A stretch of DNA of 63,759 nt, filler included, from Dirinaria sp. TL-2023a (lineage: Eukaryota), in assembly GCA_051941275.1 (NCBI GenBank). It is 13 parts of 13 records of this genome, joined end to end, with 100 filler letters (N's around TTAATTAATTAA, not from the genome) between each part and the next. Parts side by side here need not be neighbours in the genome. Positions count along the whole stretch, not along the records: positions 9,881 to 14,705 come from JAVEBF010001764.1; positions 14,806 to 19,625 come from JAVEBF010001765.1; positions 19,726 to 24,542 come from JAVEBF010001766.1; 10 more parts are not named here. One strand, given 5' to 3'. Shown here one piece after another: positions 11,449-21,649 of this stretch. Position 1 is the stretch's first letter. The number at the start of each line of letters is the position of its first letter. Made by a program: the position numbers and the translations under genes. The notes under the pieces were generated by a model, which was not told where the DNA came from, ran no database searches, and saw only the letters and a list, made by a program, of their open reading frames with translations.

Positions 11449-13806
11449 ATGTCCCAGCCAAGTGTTGAGAATTTCCGTATGGAAGGGCTGGATCCCCGCA
11501 ATCCCGCTGGTAAAAGGCCCCACGACGCTGGGGGAGCCGGTCCGTCCGGAGCCACACTCCGTAAGCGTCGCCAGCGGAAGAAGGGAGCTTTTCAAGATGT
11601 GAAAGATTTCGTGCCTCCTGGAGGCAACTTCCACGTCAATGCGGACTTACTGGATGACCTGGGCGATGACGAGCGGGGCACCCACTCTCCCCCACCTAGA
11701 CCAATTGGGTCTACAACAGGTGTCAAGTGGAACAGTGGTGCCAAAGCGATCATCAGGACATCTGCCCAGAGGAAACAAGTTGGCGGTGAGTAGCGATCCA
11801 GATTCTCCATCATACTTATCAGTCACTGACATAGAACAGCGCTCCAAGAGAATAGGTTGTCTGAGCGAACGCTCCGAAGACTAAAGGGGAGTTTGAATAA
11901 TATGCCCAAATCTGCCGTTGACCACCCGGAATGCCAGCAGCTCCAGCAGTCAATCCACAAAGCAGAGGTCGATTTCAACTATAGCCTTTACTTCCCGCTG
12001 GATAAAGAGTACCAGCACCTCTTCCCTCGTGAAGTGCCGCAGCAGCAGAGTTTCGAGGGATCAAGGCCTCTGCTGTGGTATTTTGTAGAAAAGTGCATGG
12101 TCGAGAGCAAATTAGAGGCTTTTAAAAACGGACTTTTGGATCAGGAGCTTGAGAAGGAAGGGCTGGTCTTGGGGCCCAGGAAGGAGGCGCCAAAAGCCTC
12201 ACACAAGGGAACAGACAACCAGATTAAAGCCCAAGTAATCCCAACCGATATAAAAAGTCCAGCATTAGAGCACCAAAGTTCAATCCCAGCATCGATCGAA
12301 AGGCTTCGGAATGATTCATTGTCCGAACAAGAGCAGCATCCACAAGTTGAACACGATGAACCTCGACGAAGTGAATTCAACCAAGGGTTCGTTGTCGAGT
12401 TATCCCCAGATCCTCAGCTCAAGCCCCAAGCACTCGATAAATTGGATGAAAATGGTGACAGCGTCATGCTCAACCTTGAGATCAACGAGCCCGAAAGCGG
12501 TGAGATATCTGAAGAGAAGCCACTGTCCTTCACAGGCGACGGTGCGGGCGATATGGAAAGTGACTCTGAGCAATATGCTGTAGACATCAGAGGCGAAATA
12601 GATGACACGACAGAAGAAGATGACGCTATGATTGAGTACGCGAACGCTGATCGAGCAATGGACCAGCCGAAACCCATGAGCCCCCACAATCGCGGTCCGG
12701 CGTCTCTGGTCGAGCTTAGTAAGGAAGACCTTGACGCGCAGATACGTTACTTTTATACGACCAGCAGCTCTCAAGACTTGAACTTGGAAGTGCTTCCTGT
12801 GCGCTGTCTGGTCTGCGCCAAAACAAGCCATGTGGCGCCGCAGTGTCCAACGCTCTTCTGTGCTGATTGTGGTGCTTATAACGAGCATTTTCTGCCATTC
12901 TGCCCGAAGAAGAAAAAATGCCAGAAATGCCGAGGCCAAGGGCATCATCACAGCCAGTGTCCCAGCAAGTTGAAGCTCACTGCAAGCGAGACCGAGTGCG
13001 ATCTCTGCCACCGCACTGGGCATACTGAGGATATCTGCGAGCTTCTGTGGCGAACGTCAGGGCTCCCCATGCCGTTAGACAACGTAAGCCAGCAGCTGAG
13101 ATACTTATCTTGCTATGAATGTGGCAGAATTGGGCATCTGGGCAACGATTGCAACACCAGGCGACCAGGCAAGAAAATGGGCACGAGCACCTGGTCTTTT
13201 TCTGGCCAAGCTCAGCACATGAGCCAGTCGATCAATTTGTCAAAGCGTGGGCTGAGCATCAAAGGCAAAGCTCTGCCAGCGAATCAACTGGCCAAGGCTT
13301 CTGGTCACGGACTGAGCATTAAGGGCACAGCCACGCAGCGAGAGCTCAAACGTATGAATCTCGGCTCAGACGAAGACGGCAATAGCGATGGTGACGGCGA
13401 TTTTGTCCGCCCTAAAGTCCCAGCCCCAATACGCAGCGGTCAGATCCGTATTGAGACATCGATGGCTAACAAAAACCAGGCAGCTAGCTTGTCGTCTGTT
13501 CACGAACCCTCTCAGAGTCATCAAGGCGTCAGTCCAAACACCAACAACAACAGGAATAGCCGGGCAGGCAATCCGAATCACCCTCGAGGTTCCTTTCGCT
13601 CTAAAAGCATTTCCAACCGCCCAGGTACTCGAAGCCGGCCGAATCCAAATTACGTACCTCCTCCGCCTCGCGAAAAGCCAGAGCAGACGCAGACTAGATA
13701 CCCTATTCGCACAAATAAGTGGCGGAATGCCCGTACCGATCGCGCAGAGATTTACCATCCGATGCCGAGCGCTGCTGAAAATGCTTGGATACAACACAGA
13801 ATATGA
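11449..13806 (+). CDS. AIR1: Air1/Air2-like (TRAMP) protein with five CCHC zinc knuckles and an N-terminal Efg1-like segment; intron 11786-11839
   Basis: Knuckles CLVCAKTSHVAPQC, CADCGAYNEHFLPFC, CQKCRGQGHHHSQC, CDLCHRTGHTEDIC and CYECGRIGHLGNDC. LWRTS after knuckle 4 resembles the Air IWRxY motif. A GTGAGT..CTGAC..ACAG intron joins the two ORFs in frame. Confidence 0.82.
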
Positions 13807-14450
13807 TGAGATCACGAGGACTACTGGTGCTAATCGTTGCGAGATGTAGGCATATTTGTTTCTACGTGCGAAGACGCCAAGGGACTAGTATTGATGAGAT
13901 ACCCCTTTTGTATGATACTCGGAGGAAAAAGCTTCACTGAATGCATGTGTGCTGAAAGAAATTTTTCCTGGTCGAGATGGGTTAACATGCATGTAATACA
14001 GACCAAGAGAGCCTCACAGGAGCTCAATCTTGTCGCTATCATGTATTTCATGCCCGCAAGAATGAATGCTAATTTCCTTCACTGACCTATCCGCGCCTTG
14101 AATAATGTGGGTTACGTTCTTCCGAAGCTCGTAGTAGCCGTTCATTACTTGTAACAATTTGTTCAATTAATGATGACTCTTTATAAGGAGAGCAACGCCA
14201 TTTCAATCATAGATTTTGGGTTTGAGCTGCCGGCGTGCCTGAAATCAGCTTGAATAGTAGCCCTAGGCAAACCCTACTTCTCAAAGTCGAGGGATTAAGG
14301 AGTTAGGTAGTATCAAGCTTGGCATGTCTAAGGTACTCCAATGCGGTAGGTTAGGTACCTTGCTACCTCGAAACTCCATCCGCATTTCCCAAACTTCACG
14401 CCTTACAACCCACTCTCTTCCAGAAATCTCCCACCGATCAAATCTCCAAA

Positions 14451-14622
14451 ATGCCAAAATATAAGTCGTGCCCCTTCCCCCTGTCCCAGCAAAAGCAAGC
14501 TAACCCCCTAGCACTCTTCTGCGACTACTGCGATGTCTACCTGACGCACGACTCTATGTCGGTCCGCAAAGCACACAACGCAGGCCGCAACCACGAGAGA
14601 AACGTATTGGACTACTATCAGC
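14451..14622 (+). CDS. YHC1: U1 snRNP protein C, partial (5' two exons: 14451-14460 and 14515-14622)
   Basis: U1-C zinc finger [35 protein letters not shown]. The second intron starts GTACGC at 14623 and runs off the contig. Confidence 0.95.
14461..14514 (+). other. Putative non-canonical AT-AC intron (54 nt) with U2-type donor context and branch point
   Basis: ATAAGT donor, GCTAAC branch at 14499-14504, GCAC acceptor. Removing it gives [17 protein letters not shown]. Confidence 0.75.
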
Positions 14623-15239
14623 GTACGCCCCATCATTCATTCCCCCTTTTCCTCCCACTCAATCACCTGTTCTCCTCCCTAAACCCTCCAAAATCCACAT
14701 ATTCCNNNNNNNNNNNNNNNNNNNNNNNNNNNNNNNNNNNNNNNNNNNNTTAATTAATTAANNNNNNNNNNNNNNNNNNNNNNNNNNNNNNNNNNNNNNN
14801 NNNNNAAGGCTTCTTCTTGGTAAGCGTCTGCGACATCAAATTAAGTATGCTTTAATACTTGAAAGTCGAACTTACGGTCTGCTTTATTGTTCAACGTTAC
14901 CTACCCCAAATGATCAATAGCACCTACTTGCTTGGGCTTCCGCATAACCGGCAGATTTTCCACCAACAATGACGAGCTTATATCATAACTTGGTCTTTGC
15001 AAAGTCTGCTTGGTATCGTGGACGGTTTGAGAGCGTTCCTTGACGACGGCGAATATCTTTCTTTCACGACGTTTATCGGAGACCCATAGTCGCAGGGGCC
15101 GCTATTTGCTAAGTATGCTGATGGGCGCAATAAGCAGCGTATTTCCAACGTTCGGTTCGAAAGGACTCTCCGAGTCTTCAGGTCTCGGAGGATCCTGCGT
15201 GGCCCACTGAGCTGTTCTATCCAGGCTGCTTACAATAAA

Positions 15240-18200
15240 AGAAAGAATGCTCATGGTCTTGCTAAAGCGCATCAGTTCAGCAATAATGTCCACAAGCACC
15301 TCCAGCCCAAGCTCTTTGCGAAGCAACATGGATGGTGGATGTAGATTGCAACAATTTGTGAGAGGATTCCTGTCTTTATGTTTTTTCTTAAGCAGCATTG
15401 CCATCAATGAAGGAGCAAACTCATTCCACCAAGGATTTAACCCTCTACGCAACACTAAAATCTACGTTCCATGAAGAGCTTAGCCAGAAAATATTGCTGT
15501 GCTCTACTTACAAGAAATACAATTACAAAAACAGCTCCTGGTCTGAGATCGCGGAACTCTTAGATTGATTCAAAACACTCCGAGCTAGCCAAAAAGTGGG
15601 AAGGACCTCAGAGGAAGGAACTGAATCGTCTTCAAAGCGTCCGAAGAAGAAAATGTTCAGACCGCTTGTCAGTCTGAGGAATTAAAAAAATCTCTCGTTC
15701 TGAATTTGATTCAATAACACGACTCCACATCTTATTTATAAATATCGATTCCTCATTGCAGAGCAACTTTTTCAGTTCGAGATCAAGCGATTGAAAAAAA
15801 ATCAAAGAAAAATTTTGAAAGACACACATGAAAACGAATATCTCGATTCAGAGCACTTTGAGACGATCAAGTGACGAAAGAATATGTTTTATCAAACACC
15901 ATTAACACATCTTCTGAAGATAGATATCGATATATCCAGACAGAGCAGTATGAGCAGACCGAACTTGAGACAAAGATTAAGGACATTTTCTAACAACAAA
16001 CGCAGCGGGTTCTTGAACTCACCAGTCTCAATCCGGGGCACTTCCAGCAGAACTTGAATTTCGCTCGACTTTTGTATGTCTTTCTAAATCCCGATTTTGA
16101 AAGCAAATGCATGAAAATAAACGAACTCTTGGCTGAGAAACCTGAAGAGCACTGGAGTCCTGATACTCTGATTGAGAAGATTTAAAACTAGTTGATTTTG
16201 AGTCGAAACGGCCATGGAAAAGGGATACTGAAGCTCGTTGAGAAGAGACTTCTTGTTGGTGCTAGTGACGAGGGGTCAAAATAAAGAGACCGAATGGAAT
16301 GAAGTGAAAGGCCTTAGAAACACGCAATAGAAACTGAGGCATAGATTGAGGTAAAATACTGATTGGAATCTTGCTGACTGCGTGATTGAAAGACCATAAG
16401 AGAGAAAAAAAGCATAAGCAAGTGCTTCAAAATCGCTTTGATCTCTCAGCCAAGACGCAGAAATAATACGACAGATTATAGTGGGACAACTGATAGGAAA
16501 AGAACGCAAGCACAGCTGCTACAGTTTTGATCGAAAAGCCGGCGCTCGAGAAGAAAGTCAAAATGATCGAGAAAGTCGAGCTGAACTCCACGCAGAAGAA
16601 AGATGAGAAAATTTTTTACAGCACTTCACATCTTGAACAGAAAGAAGTAGACAACACTTCGATCGAAACACCGCACGTTATAATAACGGGAAACGGATTG
16701 ACCTACGTGATCGGGCTGGAGCAAGACCCCGTCGAAATGCAGAAATCCTTCTGGATAATGGTCTAGCGTAAGCTTCAACCAGTCGCTGATTTTGACGAAA
16801 AGGGATACGGAGCCGACAGCAATATATATCCCAGTTGGACAACCTCTTTTCTGCTATGAAGCAGAAGCTACTTTCTCAGCTCTTCAACGATATGAGTCTT
16901 TTCAGCCATCGCTTATATTCAATCGCGCTATAATCATGATAAATAATACCCCGAGCTAGAATTTATCGATCTGATCAAACGACAAAAGAAAATTCGTTGC
17001 GTGAAGAATTTCAGAAAGAAAACAAAGCAATCAGAGTTCTACGAAAGAGAATTGCAGCGACTGTCAATCAAAACATGTCTGATTCTAAAATCAAAATTTC
17101 GCACTTTTTTACTCAGCATGACTGAGTTTTTATGTCATGATCCAGAACATTTCCAATCGATCAATGAACCGAAGGGCTTCGAGACAAGGGTACAGGAGTC
17201 AGAGAACAAGCACTCAATCGCATAAGTATACTAATTAAGAGCTAGTAAACCTTAAACTGAAATCGCTGAATCAATACAATATCGAAATCGTTCGGAAAGA
17301 ACTTCTTTAGCGCTAGCGGTTGGATAAACGTCCTATCTCTGAACCTGAGGGCATCCTCGAGTCCAAATATTTATTTCCTCATCTCTTCGAACTCGTGCAG
17401 CGGCAGAGAGGATTCTAGGCGGAAAAACGGAATTGAAAATTCAATTTGCCAGAGAAGATATTTCTCTGGCTCAGATTATGAAACAGTACTCGCAGTTCTG
17501 GATCAAACAGAACCAAGAAGGGAGACCATAGATGAGAGTTATAGTGTCTTAGTCACGCGCACCGAAAGGACACTTCTTACCTCATTCCGATCATCTTCAC
17601 AACACATACCGCATATGCCAATATCAATTGCCGGATCAATTATTCATAGTCCAGAGAGGGCTCCAATACTCCGCTATTTGTGGTTGCTCCTGGTTCGAGA
17701 ACAACCGAACAACATTTCACTATCATAACTCGGGCTTTCTAATGGATTTAGCATGCCAGTTAGTGCTAATCGTCGAATTCTGAATCCAATGCCGAGCTTG
17801 ATTCAGTGGGTGCTTTAACAGACCTCTATCCCGGACTCGAGAACATCGATCCTTCGATCCCTAGCTATTTGAGCAAACCTGAGTTTCGCACGAAGAGAAA
17901 AGATCAATAAAAAGAGACTCAATAAAATCCCGAAGCTCGCAAAACCCCTGAGTCCGTAACATATGTTTCAATACAGAGCCATTCGACCGATGCGAACTTA
18001 CTTAAGCCGCGAATGTTGGATGAATAACACCAAAAAAAAAAGACTCTCTAGAGAGGATTTTCCGCAAGCGCTAGCTGCAAGACGATACGTCTGATCTAAT
18101 GCTGCTAAACTTAAATTGCAAAAACACTCAGGGACGAGAGATCGTGAATGGGAAAAGAACCTTTCAACCAAGCGTGCAGCTTGGCGGCCCAGTAGTCGTC

Positions 18201-19238
18201 CACTGGGTTACGAATATTCCGAACTAGAGAACCGTCGACTGGTCGAATCTAAGATGAAGATGGAACGGTCTGGCTGATTCGAGGCAAGCCAGTAAAGCGG
18301 GAAAACTCAACGGCGCCCATAGGCCGACTCAGAGTAATCCACGCTAATGAAAAATAATAAATAGGATTGATTTAAACAAAATGAACAGCACTTTCGAAAT
18401 ACCAATACACCGGTCCAGGGTAGAATAATTAGTTCAAGACTCAAGAGCAAATTAGATCAAACATTAAAACCCCATAGGAATTGGAAAAATAATATGAACA
18501 GTTAAGTCAAAAACCTGACTCCGGCCCCCAAAAACTCCTCTATATGGGCTTGGATGGATAATCCTTGAATACAGTCGGAAAAGAAACCATATACCCTCAT
18601 TGACGGGCGAGGAGTAATTAGAGCTGGGGAATATGGCTGATTACGAAGCGAGAGAGAGAATGAGAGAGCTAGTATCGTCGACTCAATTTTGGTGTTTTCG
18701 AAACCCAATTTGAGAAAAAAAACTTTGAAATATTATCCCAAGATGAGAAATTCCGTCGCTTCATTAAATTTAATCTGATAAAACGGCCATTCTGAAGCCC
18801 GTTTCATACCTCCCATGAAATGACTCACTTCCACGCTGGATACTCCGACCTAAGGCAACGCAAGCTGATCACACGATTGGAAAAAAAAAAAATTGAATGT
18901 AAAATAGTCCAAAAAATATCTCAAAGCGTCATGCAGAAGAGTTTTTCGAAACGTTTCTCAACAACTTATTGAGAAACAACGTATTTATATCCGCAATTGA
19001 GTTCCAAGAACCGAATACTCATACGACGATCTATAGACTCGGCTACTATGATGTATTTTCAAACGTTAGTGATGAATTTGAGACAGCGAGCGCGTTCGCA
19101 GAACAAGCTTCTAAACCTCAGGAATCTGTTTTTGAAGAATGTGCTAAATTCGAAATATCGAGTAACGGAAAACCCGAAAATATCTCAATGTTCTATACAT
19201 ACGCCAAGAGGCCAAGAGGAAGTTTGAATGCAAAATGA
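15240..19238 (+). pseudogene. Decayed long coding region with RIP-like in-frame stops; origin unidentified (gene or transposon relic)
   Basis: Protein-like frames interrupted by isolated TAA/TAG/TGA codons. 16527-17225 is a single frame broken by four stops, and ~15920-16280 behaves the same way. The contig is A-rich compared with the gene-bearing contigs. Confidence 0.5.
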
Positions 19239-20392
19239 AAAGGGGGGGCGGAAACTTGCTAGCCTGCTATGACGGGGTTTTATCGTAATCAAGATAGGTG
19301 CTTGGTACATGTAGTTTATTATGATTAAAACATATAATTAACAATATATTTACAAATCGACACAATGACTCTTCAGGAACTAAAACCACTGCAGTCCCAT
19401 CATGATCATCGTCATTCCATGATCTCAAGCCATCCACTATCGTCTCATAAACCCAATCTCCGCCCCAGAAGACTAAATCCATTAAACACCGCTCCAAGCT
19501 CCGCTCTCATCGGACCTAGTGACATTAAGTAGTAATAAACACCCTACTCTACGAGCCCACCACAACCTCCGCGCTAAAAAACCAATTTTCACCTGTCAAA
19601 TACATTCGATCTCTTTTCTTTAAATNNNNNNNNNNNNNNNNNNNNNNNNNNNNNNNNNNNNNNNNNNNNTTAATTAATTAANNNNNNNNNNNNNNNNNNN
19701 NNNNNNNNNNNNNNNNNNNNNNNNNAGGGGGTGGTGGAGCTACTGCGTGTTGTAGAAGGGACTGTAGGAAGGAAATGTTAGAGTGTTTCGGGTTCTTATA
19801 ACTGTAAGACAATGCGCCGCATGCGGTCGGTTCGTAGTTATGGCTTATGTGTTGTGCTCTGGAGATTTGATGGAGGAGCTGCTACTACTGTATGGGAAAT
19901 CTATACAAGGAGTCGTAATATGAAGAGTATTGGGTCGTGAGCGGTCAAGTTTCGTTGGAGTTTTGATATTTTATGGATTGCACAGATTGCTGGGATGGCG
20001 ATGGGCTGGTCTATTGATTAAAAGTTATCGTTGATTCGGCAAATTGTTCAAGCTCGAGAAGACCACGCAAGTCGAGATAACCCTAGAACAAATCACGTGA
20101 TTCCGACCTAGGATAATGATCAGGGCTCTGCTATTAGGGAGGAACATTGGTTAACAAAAGCCTACTGCTCGATATCGACTTCGATCACATATTGTAGGCA
20201 ATCCCGGATTATCATTCCCAGGACCTCAGCTTCCACTCCACGCTTCTCCTTTCATTGGCCATCCGTGCTCCTTTCCCTACGACCTGACGAGGTATTCCTG
20301 GAAACCCAAGCGCATCTCATGCGCCGTATTAATGACTATGTGCTGAAAATCTTAAACAACAATCAGTAATTTGGTGCATGAGCCCCCAACTT

Positions 20393-21649
20393 TTACCACC
20401 TCCTCGAGCTCCTTGCCCCAAAGTCTTCACCTCTCCTCTCTTGATCGACTCTCTCGTCGAATTGCTTTTGTGCCTCGTCTTTGGCATAGCTCCTTTCCTC
20501 TTCGGTACGCGAAAAGCTGAAGCTGTCGCCCAGTGTAGACCCTTCTTGTTGTTCCTGTTGCAGCCCACCCCGCCTCATCCGCGCCCTGCCCATTGACCGT
20601 GTCGATTCGCCGGAGGCATTTTCTTGCCGAATACGCTCCCACGTGCTTTCTCCTCCCCCGGAACCATATGGACTAGCAGAAGGTGATGTATACGAAGAGT
20701 CGTCGGGAGAAGGGGTAGAGGATCCATAATCAGAGGTAAAATCGCGTGGTTGGGGTGGTTGTTGCCTTCGTCCTTTTGTCGGCATTTGGGAATCATCCAT
20801 CACATTCTCATCACTCGCTCCAGTAGACGAGCCAAGCCCGAAAAAGTCCTCATTACCCGCTGTAGGGCTAGCATCATCTTGATTTCTAGCCCCTATGGCG
20901 GTCCTGTGACTCCTCCATAGCTCTTCTGCGCTCCGCCTCCCTTGACCGGTCGGGTCGCGCCTCTGGCTACCGTCGGGTATGGAAGTTCGACCAGATCTTG
21001 ACGGAGCCTCTGGCGGCAGCCCTCGCCTTTCGCGAAGGCCCTTGTTCATTGCCGTATTCCAGTCCTCCATCCTCTTATCTTGCATGAGGCCCATAAGGCC
21101 TATTGAAGTGCCATAGCTTTTGAGCAATGCACTCCCTAACCAGTAGCCGATGGTTAAATAGCAGCTAGACCGCAACCCCTCCACCATAGATGCTGCAGGG
21201 GGTCCACGCAGGAGTGCTCTGCCTGCGTAGGAGAGTACATCGCCATTGAATGCCCATTTCGTATTCTTGAAAAACTTCTGAAACGGAAACCGGCGTTCCT
21301 CGCGGGTGGTGTAAACTCGATATTGAGCAGCCGCAAGACCCAGTGGTACGCCCATGGAGCTCAAGAACTCAGCACGACCGCGATGATAGCTCACAGCTTC
21401 GAACTCTTCGGGCCTCAGACGACGTTTTAGAAATCTAGATACCCAGCCCGCTTGCATTATTATCCTTCGCTCTATGCGCTTCTGGCTGTAGCCCCAGAGC
21501 CATGAAAAGGGGATGGGCTTTGGGATTTTCGTGAAGTCGACTGAATGGGTCGTAGAGTCGAAGCTGGATGATTGGAAAGGGTCGGAGGAAGGTGAGGAGG
21601 AAGGTGTGGAGTAGGGGTCGGGATCCGAGGGAATATTTTCCAGTACCAT
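20393..21649 (-). CDS. Conserved-looking fungal hypothetical protein (hydrophobic N-terminal half, Ser/Gly-rich tail with TWERIRQ and AQKQFDERVDQER motifs)
   Basis: Intronless ORF of about 418 codons from ATG 21649. The C-terminal motifs recall a widespread Pezizomycotina family. Confidence 0.8.
   Translation of the reverse strand: MVLENIPSDPDPYSTPSSSPSSDPFQSSSFDSTTHSVDFTKIPKPIPFSWLWGYSQKRIERRIIMQAGWVSRFLKRRLRPEEFEAVSYHRGRAEFLSSMGVPLGLAAAQYRVYTTREERRFPFQKFFKNTKWAFNGDVLSYAGRALLRGPPAASMVEGLRSSCYLTIGYWLGSALLKSYGTSIGLMGLMQDKRMEDWNTAMNKGLRERRGLPPEAPSRSGRTSIPDGSQRRDPTGQGRRSAEELWRSHRTAIGARNQDDASPTAGNEDFFGLGSSTGASDENVMDDSQMPTKGRRQQPPQPRDFTSDYGSSTPSPDDSSYTSPSASPYGSGGGESTWERIRQENASGESTRSMGRARMRRGGLQQEQQEGSTLGDSFSFSRTEEERSYAKDEAQKQFDERVDQERRGEDFGARSSRRW

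Noticed and set aside
14461..14514. U12-type (minor spliceosome) intron
   Set aside because: Lacks the ATATCCTT donor and TCCTTAAC branch. Signals are U2-type, and ascomycetes lack the U12 machinery.
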